From a virus (taxonomy: Duplodnaviria > Caudoviricetes): DNA of 64,000 bases. The notes under the pieces were generated by a model. It saw only the letters and a program-made list of their open reading frames with translations. It was not told where the DNA came from and made no database searches. Positions 47,059 through 60,408 of this stretch are shown here, piece after piece. The position numbers were made by a program, and so were the translations under genes. Positions within the stretch are counted from its first letter, which is position 1; each line of letters starts with the position of its first letter. Where the stretch lies: positions 32,001-96,000 of IMG/VR virus record IMGVR_UViG_3300031992_000016; one strand, given 5' to 3'.

Positions 47059-47538
47059 ATGAAAAAGCATGAAGATGGATACCTCGTAGAGCCAGAAGAA
47101 TTAGAAGCTCTTGAAAAAGGTGAAAATATTAAATTAGAAGGCGAAAGCTATCCCATTGATACTGGGTTATCTTTATATTAGGTAAATCAGCAACTCGTTA
47201 ATCAAATGCCTGTATTATCAAAAGAAATTGCTTATACGAAATATTATGATAGTTGGCGCGGTTGGATTAGCGGACATGCTGCTCATTATTATGTTTTTAT
47301 TTGCCGCGATGGTGGTGAATATACATTCTTTGTAAATCGTCAAGGTACAGCTAAACCTGGTGTAATTTGGGATAATCTTTGGGATGTTTTTGATCGTATT
47401 GGTGATGTCCTTAGTATTGAACCAGCGCCAGAAGGTATGGATGATGTTGTAGAAGTATGGATTCGCGCACGCGAAGAAGGTGCGCAGCCACTCGTTTATT
47501 ATTTCGTAGATTGGGACGAAGGGACGATTGAAGTATGA
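47059..47538 (+). CDS. hypothetical protein (1 TAG)
   Basis: AAGGAG RBS; TAG 47179 in frame with track ORF 47206. Confidence 0.7.
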
Positions 47539-47795
47539 AGAAATTGCTGTGGGATGTAAATCAATTTACTACTCATTCAACGATATATGATACTGATGGT
47601 ATTTCTCTACAACTATTTGGTCGAGACACGGCAACTCAGCTTGCCAGTCTTGCAAACTATATTTCGCTCTTAGATGACGATGTACAAATTTTAGTTAATC
47701 GCAAAGGCTATGCTAAATTGACTATGCCGCTTGCGCAAGTATTAAATACCAAATATTCTAATCAACATAAGATTGAGATTATTGAGGAGGACTAA
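47535..47795 (+). CDS. hypothetical protein
   Basis: ATGA coupling to upstream gene. Confidence 0.6.
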   Translation: MKKLLWDVNQFTTHSTIYDTDGISLQLFGRDTATQLASLANYISLLDDDVQILVNRKGYAKLTMPLAQVLNTKYSNQHKIEIIEED

Positions 47796-47796
47796 T

Positions 47797-48054
47797 ATGG
47801 CTTATCTTTTGAATACAGTAGAAACGTATCAGGTAGCAACTGAGCAAGAAGCACTTAATATGCGTGAAGCGTTTTCTAATCAACCTGAGTATGAATTAGA
47901 AAGTTTTAGTTATACTTGTAAATATGATAAAAAGGCTGATGAAGACTATGTAGTTGTTAAAGTAAAGAAGTTTGTCAATAAAGAAAAAGATTGCAAACGT
48001 GATGTTATAACTAGTATTCTTCCAAGAGCCGGAATAGGAGATACCACATGGTAA
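47797..48054 (+). CDS. hypothetical protein
   Basis: GAGGAGG RBS. Confidence 0.65.
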   Translation: MAYLLNTVETYQVATEQEALNMREAFSNQPEYELESFSYTCKYDKKADEDYVVVKVKKFVNKEKDCKRDVITSILPRAGIGDTTW

Positions 48055-48650
48055 TTGATGCAGAATTTAAATGTGTAAAACAATATGAAGGTTAGGAAGA
48101 GCAACTACTTCCTAGACGCGCAACCGCGGGCTCTGCTGGATATGATTTTATTGTAGCAGAAGATACAATAGTCCCAGCAATGGAAAAACAATTTTTTGAT
48201 TTTGAAAAAAGATACCAAGCCTATGTGAAAGAACGGTATCAGAGCTTTGAAGACTACGCTAAAACTGAAACAGAAGATGGCGCGCTTTCTTTGGATAGGT
48301 TAAAGCAATTCTGTAAGTTATGGAAGATTAAACCCACACTTGTTCCTACTGGCGTTAAGGCAAGAATGCCAAAAGACTATTATCTGCAATTAAGTGTGCG
48401 GTCGAGCCTACCTTTAAATGATTGGCTTATTCTTGCTAATGGCGTAGGCATTATAGATAGCGATTACTATGATAATCCCGATAATGAAGGGCATATTTTC
48501 TTCCAATTAATCAATCTCCATCCTGCTGACATTATTCTCCATAAAGGTGATAGGATTGGACAAGGTGTGTTTCTCCCCTACTACACCGTGCTATCTGAAA
48601 ACACTGTGGTTGATGAACGTACTGGCGGGTTTGGTTCTACAAATGGCTAA
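48048..48650 (+). CDS. dut: trimeric dUTPase (1 TAG)
   Basis: PRRATAGSAGYD, VPTG, RSS, GIIDSDY, GDRIGQ, RTGGFGST; TAG 48093. Confidence 0.92.
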
Positions 48651-49131
48651 AATTCTCGCATATGACCAGGCTTCGAGAGTATCGGGCTGGTCATTTTTTG
48701 TTGATGGGGAGTTAAAAGACTACGGGCACTTTTCCTTTGAATTTACAAACTTTGCTCTTCGCTTGCTTAGGATTTGTTAGCAAATGGAGGAGCAAATTAA
48801 GAAATACGAGCCAGACGTTATCCTATTAGAAAATATTTCTCTAGAAGGGAGAGGACCCGTTAATGTATCTACTTTTTAGAAGCTCGCGCAAGTGCAAGGC
48901 GCAATGATGATGACTGCGCAAGCGCACGATATTGAAGCAAAATTAGTTTATCCAAGTGAGTGGAGAGCGAAATGTAATTTCCTTAAAGGTGAAGATAAGC
49001 ACCGAGATAATTAGAAACGTATCGCTCAATAGTGGGTTCTATCAACATTTAATAAAAAATGCACACAAGATGAGGCGGATGCAATATGTATAGGATATAG
49101 CGAAACAGCTAATGAAATGATGACGTGGTAA
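48643..49131 (+). CDS. RuvC-like Holliday junction resolvase (4 TAG)
   Basis: ILAYDQASRVSGW...LLE...KLAQVQG...PSEWR...DEADAICIG. Confidence 0.85.
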
Positions 49132-49201
49132 TTAAATGGGTAGGTCTAGTTGGAAGACATACCCTATTTTTTATATTCAACGAGAGGAGGGTGCTGCCAA
49201 T

Positions 49202-49678
49202 ATGGAACAGTATGATTTGCTGGAATACTTTCTAAAATGGTTTATTCCCTTCGCTTGTGCTGGATTGTTTGCGGTGTGTGTCAAACCACTAATTGATGCT
49301 ATTAAACGCGGCAAACGCAGTGCGCGCGATGAGGAATTTAAACGTGCTTTTGAGCATGAAATTGCTCCTGTATAGGAATAGTTACAAACTATTGCTACCA
49401 AGAGTGAAAGAGAGGATAGTCGTTTAGAGGGGAAAATTGACGGGCTGTCCAAAGAAATTCAGCAGGCCACCGCCGGTTTGCGCGAAGCCATTTTGGTTAC
49501 TCACTTACGAGATTTAATCGCAGACAGCAAGCGCTATATAAATCAAGGTTGGTTATCAGCCGATGAGTGGGAAGATTATGATAACAGATATAACGTATAT
49601 AAAATGCTCGGCGGAAATGGACATATGGATGCTTGGTACCCCAAAGTAAAAAATTTACCGCAACATCCAGTTATATAA
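49202..49678 (+). CDS. single-TM coiled-coil protein with YxxLGGNG motif (2 TAG)
   Basis: GGAGG RBS; track fragments 49136 and 49478 in one frame. Confidence 0.7.
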
Positions 49679-49680
49679 AA

Positions 49681-49727
49681 AAAAATAAAGGGACGTAGAT
49701 AAAAAATCTACGTCCCTTTATTTTTTT
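49681..49727. terminator. bidirectional terminator at the strand switch
   Basis: TAAAGGGACGTAGAT-AAAAA-ATCTACGTCCCTTTA with A and T runs on both sides. Confidence 0.9.
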
Positions 49728-50132
49728 TTACCCTACAACAGGTGTTTTCTTTTCATTAACCAATGATTCAATATATGCCTTAGTGAATAGATCAAAATCA
49801 CCTACGACCGCGGTTAGATACTGCTTAGCATCTTCACTTAATACTGTAATTACGCTATTGTAAGTTAATTGAAATGCTTCTTTCTGTGCTTCCGCAGTGA
49901 AAGCATTTTTATTCTTTAAAGCATTAACATAAGTTTGGTTCGTCATTTCTACGCAACGAGCAACTGTATCTTCAAACATACTTAAATACTTGTAATATAC
50001 AGTATCCTCTTGACCAGCTTTATAATTGTCGATCTTTGCGCGAACCCACTTAACAAAATAAGTAGTCAATATCCCCAAAAAAGGAATGATAACTAACTTA
50101 AAAATCTCATTTAAAATTTCAGCCCAATTCAT
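49728..50132 (-). CDS. holin-like protein (LL-H type)
   Basis: One N-terminal TM helix; V...NQTYV.ALK...F..EAQKEA; IESLV; within the lysis cluster. Confidence 0.65.
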   Translation of the reverse strand: MNWAEILNEIFKLVIIPFLGILTTYFVKWVRAKIDNYKAGQEDTVYYKYLSMFEDTVARCVEMTNQTYVNALKNKNAFTAEAQKEAFQLTYNSVITVLSEDAKQYLTAVVGDFDLFTKAYIESLVNEKKTPVVG

Positions 50133-50475
50133 TGTCATAATCCTCCGAATTATCTTCTTCGTTATTATCACTAATTGCTGCTGCATCTTGTATTTCTTTG
50201 TATGTTTCACTTATCTTTTTATAATTCTCAATACCTGCTTTTGCAGTATAACCCAAACGTAAGGAAACATATACTGTTGTTACACCAGCCAAGGCGCTTG
50301 AACCAAAAGATGCTAATCCTTGATTAATAACAACAATAGCAAGAATTGCCAAGAGTGATACAGCATATACGACAATATCTATAATAGTAAGTCGCTTACT
50401 CCATTCAAGCGGTCGCTGTTGTCGCTTTCGCTAATTTTTGGAGCGCTGCTACTAATTCTTTTGCTTCTATCTCAC
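50119..50475 (-). CDS. 2-TM membrane protein, possible holin (4 TAG; start inferred)
   Basis: GTG 50475 after AAGGTG; basic N-terminus then LEWSK-TM-TM-YTAKAGIEN. Confidence 0.5.
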
Positions 50476-51823
50476 TTGAACACGCCACCTTTACATACCA
50501 AGATTTTGGTGTATCAGGTGTGGTAGGTTCAACAGGCACAGATACAGGAATTAAAAATTCATTCATCATATATCCGGTCTGTCCGTTATACATAATGCGG
50601 TCCCATTCAGTGCCATGATCAATAATATCAACAATAGTCCCAGTTGATATTTTTGCTATTACACCAAAATTAGTGCCCGCGCCAGAACGCATACGCACTG
50701 TCGTGCCGCTTTTTGATTTTACTGTTGCCTAGTATAACACTGATAAAACCTCCCCTTCTGATGTACCAGCATTTGCTAGTTCTTCTGGTGTATATAAACC
50801 CGCGGGGATTGCATAGTGCGTCCAGCCATATGTACCTAATTCTTGACGTTTAACGCCAGACTTGCTACCAGCTGCATGCATAAAAGTGCCATCGCCCAGA
50901 TAAACACCAGTATGTGACATTGGATTAGATGTTGGTGATTCATGATATAAAGCACAAATCTTATCTTTTGGCATCTAATCAATTGGTCCTTTTCGCACCC
51001 AGATACTTGATTTCCATTGTGAAGATGCGCCAGATACTAAGGAAATACCAATTTGCGCGAAGCATAACTTCGTAAATCCTTGGCAATCATAAACCTACTT
51101 ACCGAGCCACTTCTTTACAATGTTATAATCAACTTTGTCTGGATATTGAGCAATACGCGCACGAATAAATTGTTCGGTTGCAATTTGTCCTTGAGCACCA
51201 TAGATATAACCACAACCTTCTTTACTTAACGCATACTCTCTGATTACTTTCTCTTTCTCCTATGAGGTCATTACTTCAAATACCTCCTTTACTACTGCAC
51301 CAGGATAATAAAATTGTAAAATATCCTAATATGTAAAGCCCATATTTGCCATCTTCTTTGCGCCAACTTGGCTCATACCAACACAATGTCCATTGCGCGC
51401 AGTAGTTGTATAGGGGTCATCTTTACTAACTAGCCAAGCGCGTTCTCCACCCCAGACTTCTTTAGAGCTTTTTATATGTCCGCCATTGCTAGAAGAGAAA
51501 GGCACTGGGCTACATAAAGTGTTTTTATATGTTAAAACTAATGCATTAGTTGCTTCAACACAACGATAAGTAGCAGCATAAGCATTATCAATTGATCTCG
51601 AATATCGATATGCCTAATGCTTAGCGCTATTATCTGTCATATTTTTAATAGTATAAGCATTAGTTCGTGCGGCAATTGCTTGGGCTTTTACAGCTTCATC
51701 CGGCCCATTCATTTCACTAGGAACACAACCTAGCAAATATGTTTCTGGATGAATATTGATCGTGTCATTAACATTAACGCCCCAAGCTTCCGCATTACTT
51801 TCTCTTGTTAAAGTTAATCTCAT
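50405..51823 (-). CDS. endolysin: SpoIID/LytB-like + NlpC/P60-like + SH3b, 472 aa (6 TAG)
   Basis: SEM...EAVKAQAIAART...H*AY...GHCVGMSQVGA; YIYGA...DCQG...HTGVYLGDG..MHA; RMRSGAGTNF...GQTGYMM. Confidence 0.85.
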
Positions 51824-52983
51824 TATAATTTCTCCAATAAAAGCGCCCATTGCGCATGTGTTATGGGGGTTTCAACTTCATCTATATTATCTGGGATTTC
51901 ATAATTTTCATTACGCCCTTGCAATTGATGCATTAATATATCGTAATGGTTCTACGTAATTGGAATGTCATAATCCCAATCCAAAGTGTTAATAGCTGGC
52001 ATAATGGCTGCCATTTGCGCACTTTCTTGTGTTAATCTATTAACATGGCCGATAAACTAACGACATAATGTATATGCAGTCATTAAGTCATCAATCTAAA
52101 ACATAGTTTCATTCTCATCTTCTAATGTATCAATAAAAACAAAAGAAGCGCTTCGATAGAATTCATTTGATGTATCTAATGAACAACCTGCTGAACCAAC
52201 TATTTTAGAGTCTAAAACTGCACATACTTTAACATATAATGAAGGTGTTGTGTTAATTTCATTATAGTTTTTTGTACCAAGAAACGATGTTAAAGGAACA
52301 ATCATAGATGTCTAATTTGTACGTTCCGTATCAATCCAACCTAAAGAAACTAATTCTCCACTGTTTGGAGTTAATAATGTTTTATCATTAGGCCCAGCAA
52401 ATACACCCACAGAATAATGATCAATTGTACCAGTAAAATTTTCTGGTGGAGACCAGCGCACCGCTACACGATTATAATACTAAGGCCATACTTCTATTTC
52501 TACTGGCGCTGGAATAGAAGTATCAATAGTTAAACTACGATAGTAAATACGTACATCTACATAACTAATAATAATCGTTCCATTAATTGCGTAAGGCCAA
52601 AATGTAATCTAAAAAGTTTGGCTTGTCTTATTAGTCAAACCTGTTATTTCATATTCATAACTGCCAAACGTTGAACCATTAATATTGCGAACTGGAAACT
52701 CTGAACTTTCTAAATAGTTAGTCCCGAAACCAACTCGTCCTTTACAATTCATTTCATAGTTAAAATCAATAACAGCTTTTGTAATTTCAACTCCGCCAGG
52801 AGGAGGATTACGTAATGTACAATTAATAGAAATAGTAGTGCCGCAGAATTGTAATTCTTCAACTGCTGCGGCCTGTGGAACATGTATATAAGTCGCCGGA
52901 GTTTCGGCGCACTATGAACTACTTTTAATTGGTTGCCCAGATGCTATGGGATAATATGTATATTTACAATTTACATTCGCCAT
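51823..52983 (-). CDS. putative structural protein, 386 aa (multiple TAG)
   Basis: Frame from ATG 52983 includes track ORF 52096..52305 and ends in TAATG overlap with the endolysin; interior only partly checked. Confidence 0.65.
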
Positions 52984-53006
52984 AGTGCGCCATCACTCCT
53001 TATAAA

Positions 53007-53345
53007 TTATTCACCATCATCTGCGTCTAAATCTTCACTAGAAGAAAAATTAACATACATTTCAAAATTGTCTCCACCATTGTATGTTTCTTGAATAGAT
53101 GTAATTCTACCTTGAACATCATTTAAATCATAAATATTATTACCACTATCACCTTTAATAGTAATACGAGAAACAGTCTGTGGCATTAAAGTATTCAAGA
53201 AAGTGGCGGTACTTGCACCAGGAACCAAACTAATATAAGCATTGCTTACTAAATCATTCTGTTCCTTGTCATATGTAGTAGTACGACTATAATTTACGAG
53301 TTGAATAGCATGAGCTGCGTCACTATTAAAAATAATTGTTGCCAT
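53007..53345 (-). CDS. hypothetical protein (tail module)
   Basis: GGAGG RBS before ATG 53345. Confidence 0.7.
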   Translation of the reverse strand: MATIIFNSDAAHAIQLVNYSRTTTYDKEQNDLVSNAYISLVPGASTATFLNTLMPQTVSRITIKGDSGNNIYDLNDVQGRITSIQETYNGGDNFEMYVNFSSSEDLDADDGE

Positions 53346-53358
53346 TAAAATGACCTCC

Positions 53359-54342
53359 TTATAAATTACCAAATAATAGTATATAACTATCATCTATTGT
53401 ATTTATATCAGTAGCGCTCGCCCAGCACCATACTGACATAATCGCATTAAATAACATATCTTTATTTGTCTATGTTATCTAATTATCTTTAAGTAATTGG
53501 CCTACTCTTTTATCAAAATTTGACCGTAAAATTTTTTCATCATAACCATCTTTATTTTTTCGCATCTAACAATCCCATAATTTTCCATCACAATCAATAG
53601 TGAATGAATCAATGCCTGCCATACAATGCGGAGTTTGTTTAGGTACTTCTATGGTTCCAAACCATTTATAATAATTCTCTGCATCATAACCGAAATAACG
53701 ACCAGGCACTTCAATGGTCGGCTTTGCACCGATATCATCAATATTAATATATGGTCTTTTTTCTACTAAAGGTATCATTTTATCATGTAATTCCTACGCC
53801 CATGCATACCAAACTGTAGAGTCGGTGCGCAAATTAATTTTAGTTAATGTCGATTTAGTAGATATTTTTAACTAAAAATTATTGGTCGGCATTTTCGTTG
53901 GGCAAGAATAAATTAAATGCTCTAGCGCGCGGATTGAATTTTTATACGCACCTTTCTAACGATTAAAATCATTCATATCTTCTGGACCATCAATATTAAA
54001 TTGGATATGTAATGTTACATCATATGATAATAATGGCATGACGAAATAACGGTATAATTCTGATGTACCGTTTGTAGAAAACATAATATTTTTGATTTGC
54101 GGCCATCGCTTTAAAATTGCAGTAATCATTGCTGAAAAATATGGTCCATTAAGTGATGGCTCCATTCCCCATAATCCAATACTGGTAGTTTCTGGGGTGA
54201 TAGTTTCAAGAATGGTTTTTGTAAATGAACCATTCTTGAAACACTCCTAAATGCGTTTATTATCATGCTCTTGATATTGCATACAACAATAAGCACATTT
54301 TAAATTACATGCATCGGAAAAATAAATGTTAAGATTTTTCAT
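53359..54342 (-). CDS. radical SAM protein with SPASM/Twitch-like C-terminal cysteines, 327 aa (7 TAG)
   Basis: CNLKCAYC (CxxxCxxC), WGMEP, STNGT, IDG, CMAG...IDCDGKLWDC. Confidence 0.85.
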
Positions 54343-54433
54343 CTTTTATTTGCACTCCACATAAAGCATTACATAAAACATTACAAAACGAAGTTTCTGT
54401 AATATTTTGATTATTATCTTCTTGCCAACGCAT
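54329..54433 (-). CDS. 34-aa Cys-patterned peptide, putative radical SAM substrate
   Basis: MRWQEDNNQNITETSFCNVLCNALCGVQIKDEKS; AAGGTG RBS; stop overlaps the radical SAM start. Confidence 0.6.
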   Translation of the reverse strand: MRWQEDNNQNITETSFCNVLCNALCGVQIKDEKS

Positions 54434-54435
54434 TT

Positions 54436-57400
54436 TTATTTCACCTTAATCCATATTCTATTATTTACAGGAACTGCCTTTTCACCCCAAATTGTGTATT
54501 CAGGTACTTCACTAACATAGCCTATAATACAATCAGGATACTAAACAATCTCTTCTCTTGTCATAATATCTATCGTACCATTAGGAGCAGCACATACTGC
54601 CATACCAGCGTGATAATTTGTTCTATCTTGATATGTATATACTAGAACACGACCAGCAACAGCCACTGGTGTTTTAGCCGTTTCAGTTTCACCTTGCGCA
54701 AAACCATAGGTATCAGATACAATAGAAGCGCCTGGTATTAGACGTTCTTCTGTACGAGTCATAATACCATTGTCATTTTCTTGTACGCAACGTCCAGCTT
54801 CTAATTCTGTCGTGCAACGATATTCCGCATAGTCATTCCAAGCAGCGCCCATTAAAACGCCAGCAGATAAATCAGAATAAATTGCACTACTGCCCAAATA
54901 TAAACATGCTTTACTACTAGCATTAGCACGCCAAATTATAGCATCTGTAGTTGGATTTGCAGAAGGACCTGTAAAAACTAATTGTTTTCCTCTTCCAACT
55001 GTTATATTTTCAGTTGATGTAATACCAGCTGCCGTTAAAGCACCTGCAGATGATATATATGCACCTGCTGAAGCACATGGTACAATATTAGTTTGCTCTG
55101 CACTACCGCTTGGTGTGGTAGGCGTACCCAATAAATACGCTGTCCAAGTTGGTGATGTGGCAACTTTAACATTAACAAATTTATCAGTAGTAGTTATCTA
55201 TGCCCATGTTGGCTCACCACTACCATTTGATTTTAAATAATAGTTCTTAGTACCAGCACTAGTAGGAGCGTAGAAACTAGCTGATGTAGTTGCTGTACCA
55301 TTTAATGTGACAGTACTTCCATCGCCCCATTCAGGCACACTAGCACCCATTTTTAAGAATTTACCAGCCGCACCTTTACCTAAACGTGTTGGTGTATTAG
55401 CAGCAGACCAATAAATTATATCACCTGCGTGAGTACCAATAGATTTAGGAATTGCATAGTCAGAAAAATTTAACTAATCTAATACATTAACCCAACCGCC
55501 ATTAGTAGTGCTATTTTGAAGAGCACCACCTGCTACGCGTTTATAATAAATACCATTTGCATTAAATGGAATTGCGAGGTCAGTATAATAACCAGAATTA
55601 TTTGCATGATTACATCTAATAATATGAGTCCAAGTAGCACTAGAAAATGGAGTATCATTTACTTTAACTGCTCCCTATCTAGCAGCACTAATATTGAAAT
55701 ATTGTAAGCCATTCCAACCATAGTCCATACGTGTATTGCTACTTAATTGCGTTGATGTAGTTGCAGTTGTAGCATTACCAGACAAAGTACCAGTAATTGT
55801 GTATCCACCAGTAATTGTTTTAGCATATGGATCAATAACTAATGCAGTACCGACACCAGTTTTTGTCGTTCCATCAGCAGATGCAATACCAAAAATACGG
55901 AAATTACTATTTAAATTATCTAAAACAATACCCGCTTTTGTTGTTGCATTTGCGGCAGCACATAAATGAAGTTCTCCACCTTCGCCAGAGCCATCTGGTT
56001 TAATATCTATAGTACCATTGAAATAGCTTGGTCCAGCAACAGTTAAGTTATATGATGAATTAAAGTTACTATTAACAGCCAATCGAGAAGTAGCTTTAAT
56101 ACCATTGGTTCTAAAAGCGGCGCCTCTACTTTCAGATGTTATAAGTCCAATAGTAAAATCAAATAATGAATCTGCTGAAGTATTATATCTGTCACCAATA
56201 AAATATGCTTTTTGGCTACCATCATTAAAAATTAATTTTGGGCCACCTAATGATTCATTATAAGCCGCTGTTGCACCTGTATCTGATCCAGAGACAGTTC
56301 CAGTTATCATAACATTGCCATTAAATGTAGTACCAAGTGTATTATAGTCTATTGATATTGCATTTTTTGAATATGTAGTTTGCGCAGATGTAGTATAATT
56401 AGTATTAAACTATAATAAACCAGATGTATTCAAAATCTACCAAGACGCACTAGAATTACGATAAAACTCAAGACCTACGGCAGCTGTTCCAGCACCTTTT
56501 AAAACTAATTTACCAGTTTGCGTAGTAGTAGATGAATTATCTGCACCATCAATTAATAAACCAGTGGTTGTTGCAGTAATGCGCGCGCTATAATCAGCAG
56601 TGCTAGTATTTGTTGCGTGGAAATCAATATATTTACCAATTTCCATTACACCATCAGAGCCAATTAATGGCGTACCTCTAAAATAAGCACCAGCTGCTGG
56701 GGCTAAATTAGATCTATAATTACTTAAACCAAGAATGGTCGCTCCGTTGGTTTCATCTAAAATGCGGCGCCAAGATTGCCAAGTGCCATTATTTTTACCG
56801 CGCACACTTAACTGTCCAGTTCGATAATCCTAAAAAATTTCTGTTATCCAAGAATTATTATACCACTGTGAAATTAATGCACCATCTGTCTATTGATAAT
56901 TCCAAGCAGCTTTAGTCAAGCCAGATACATAGCCTAGTGCATTAGTGCCAGGGCCATTACCATCAATACCAAGATTTGTGCTTGTGGTAACTTTAAAATT
57001 AGTTAAATTAGATGCGGTGGTAGAAGTATCAGAACTATTAGCATGATTAACTGTGCCACCATCTACTGCAACAGTTACATCATCATATGCAATCGCTCCA
57101 ATACTTGTAGTAACATCAGGATAAACTTCAATAGATGTTTTTTTATCATCCGCTGTTGTATTATTTACTTCCGTACTTGCAAGCAATGTCCATGCATAAT
57201 TAGCACCTTCTAATAAGTATGCATATGCACGCATATAAGTACCACATTTTACATACACATCACATTGCGCAGATTGACCAGAAGCACCTTTACGAGCAAT
57301 TCTAACATCACCAACTGCAAAACCATAACGCACTATCCAAGTAGCGCTTACTGAAGTTGCTGCTGGCGGGTCTGCACTAGCATTATTAGCACGAGCAGAA

Positions 57401-60396
57401 ATTTTAATAACGCCGTATTTACCACCAGAGTATCGAGAATGTATAAATAAAATTGCATCTCTATCAACATATGAACCAGTTCCTAAATTAGTAGTAGCTA
57501 CACGATGCCAAGGATAATGATTAGTATTACCAGAATTAACAGTAACATAATTATGATACCAAGTTAATGCTGTTGGAGTACCATTATTAAGATAAATACC
57601 TCTACACTCACTGCCAACTGTTGTTGTACCTAATTTAGATGCTGCACCAGTCAAATTACCAACAAAACCATTAGTTGCAGTTACGCTGCCTGGGAAAGTG
57701 CTATTACCACTAGTATCAAATAATTTAATTTCTTTAGCAACTATATTAGAAGTATTGTAACGTCTAACTACAATCTATTCGTTATTACCATCATCGCCAA
57801 CAGCAATTTCTAATAAACCAGCATTCGCGGTTTCTTCTAAATGACGAATCCAACCAGCATCATTATTTCCATTACCATTTAATGGGTCAGCAAATGCAAT
57901 AGCGTTACTATAAATAAATACACCACGCTTATTACTATTATAAGGTAGTTTATCTGGCATACCAGATGTAAGAGCCATACGAATATGGTTTCCTCCCGCT
58001 GCGGAACCACCTTGTACCCACAACCCACCTGTCTAAATCGTTGTTGCACCATTGATAAATAAAACACTACCATCTGTTTGTTCTGCGTGCTAACCAATTG
58101 TTAATTTAGGTACTGATATACGCACACCAGTTGCAAGCGTAGTTCCAGTTGGAGCATGCAAACGTATATTACCTTCTGAATTATAAGACTTAGCATTGTC
58201 AGTAACACCAATGTAACAATAGCTTAAACTATTTGCAGAACCAAAATTACCAAAATTACTTAAAATAGATGTTTTATCATTTTTATAAGCATCAAATACT
58301 GTCCAAGCCCAACCGCCACCGCCATCTTTAACACGAGAACTAAAAAATTGACTAGTATTTTCTGAGCCATAAAACTAAGATGTACCTAAAGTTTTATAAG
58401 TTTCGCTTAAATCCCCAACATATGATGCGGCAATAGCAGAACCGTGCCAAGTACCAGCAGTAATAGTACCAACTTTTGTAATTTCAGTTAAATTTTTTTC
58501 TGTTATAATTCTATAATTCTTATTAGCAGTCAAACCAGTAGCAACTGTTGGTAAATAATATGTTTCATAATAACCGGTAGTAGTAGTCGTAGCAGGATTA
58601 TTAGGACTATATTGACGCCAATTCCATATGCCTGTTGTTACATTAGTTGCATCACCTACATCATACCAGGTTTCAGCTACTCTATTAAGAGCATTATTTC
58701 GTAATACTATATCTTTGATATAACGAGAAGTCGAACCCCAATAACCATATCCACGTACATCTAGTACATAGTTACCAACTAACGGTGCCATAGTAGTAAT
58801 AGCATTATCTTGATTAATTGTAAATAAAGCATTTGATTTAGTTGAGCCATGATTATGCAACCAAATGCCTCGATTACCAGTATCTGTCCCAGCACTATAT
58901 AAATAAATGTCACCAGCATTGCTTTGTGCTTTTACATTAATTTCTTTGCCTGATGTTGTTCTACCAGCAACAATATGAGAATTAGTATGTATTTGTTTTG
59001 TTACGCCTAAACCGCCACCAATACGAACTGCCCCGTTATTATAGTCAGTAGCATCTTGAGTATATTGTATATTGACTATATTACCCGCTGTGGCATCACC
59101 ATAGCCCATAATAATCGGGCCACCGTTTATATTTAAATATAGTCCTTGTTCTGATTCATTAACTTCAGTTCCACGATTACCATCTGAATCACAACCAGAA
59201 ATTCCACGGACAATTAAAGCATTTGAACCAGCAGAACCAATAATATGCACACTGCCAGTTAAATACGATGCCGCGCCAGTGGCAATACCACCACCAACTA
59301 CTAATGCGCCAGTTGTAGAAGAAGTTGATGCCGTAGTGGCTTTAATTTTTACTGTACCCGCTTTATTAATTGTTAATAATCCATTATTACCATAAAGCCC
59401 TAATCCAACTGCATTTTCTGCATTGTTAGAACCATAATAATGGAACTCAAGTACTGCCTAATTATTAGAACCATTACTCACACCTGTCATTAAGCATGTG
59501 TTACCACCGCTAGCTAAATTAGGAACTAAATGATTAATACCCCAAGAATAAGTACCACTTTTCACCACAGTTGCTGGCGCGTTTGAGGTTAAATTAATCA
59601 TACCTTTTGCGGCACTATCTGTGGCATTTGGATTATATTCTACTGTAGTTTGACCAGTGAATAACGCTCCGCCATTTTCATAAAAACGAATTTGTGCATC
59701 TGTTCTTGCAGTTGTACCATTATAAGTTGTATCTTTAACATAACTAAATAATAAATCATCTGTATATGAAGAATCTGTATAGGAACCAATTTCCCAAGAT
59801 CCATTACTAGTTTTTGTTGATACTACTGGTGAATAACCAGGAATTGAAGTTATTGCAATCAAAGCATTATCTCTGCCTTTATGCCAAGAAGATGCAATAC
59901 CAGCTCTTGTAATAATATGACTTGTAATAAATTTAGAACCATCCCAAGTTAAAGAACCACCTGATAACTTATTCGTTTGATTATAGGTAGTAAATAGTAA
60001 TCGAGTATTACCATTTAAACCCTAAATTGCTAATGTCCCCGCGCTATTGACGTCACCCATTTGGGCATCATCACCGACTTTATTCCATGTGTTATTAGCG
60101 AAATTCAATGCGCCGGTCATAGTCCCGCCAGCCAATGGTAAATATTTATTAACTCCTAATGCGGTAATCATATTGGCCTTACTAACCCAGTAAGTTTTGC
60201 CACCATTTGCAAATGAATCAATCGCAAGAAAAAATTCTGCGGCGCTACCTTTTTCTGGTAATGCTACATTATCTTTCCAGCTTAATGGCGCGGTCATCTA
60301 ACCGCCTTCTATAATTTGCGGTTTAAGAGTAGTAGTATAGAGCGTATCAGTTACTCTGGCGCTCCCTTGTATCAATGTATCTTTTAATTGTGCCAA
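54436..60396 (-). CDS. large tail fiber / receptor-binding protein, about 1986 aa (at least 14 TAG)
   Basis: TTG start after AAGGAGG; eight track fragments share one frame and end in TAG; G/T/S/N-rich; YLPLAGGTMTG; C-terminal WNDYAEYR...VSDTYGF...VAGRVL. Confidence 0.85.
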
Positions 60397-60408
60397 TGTA
60401 ATTCCTCC

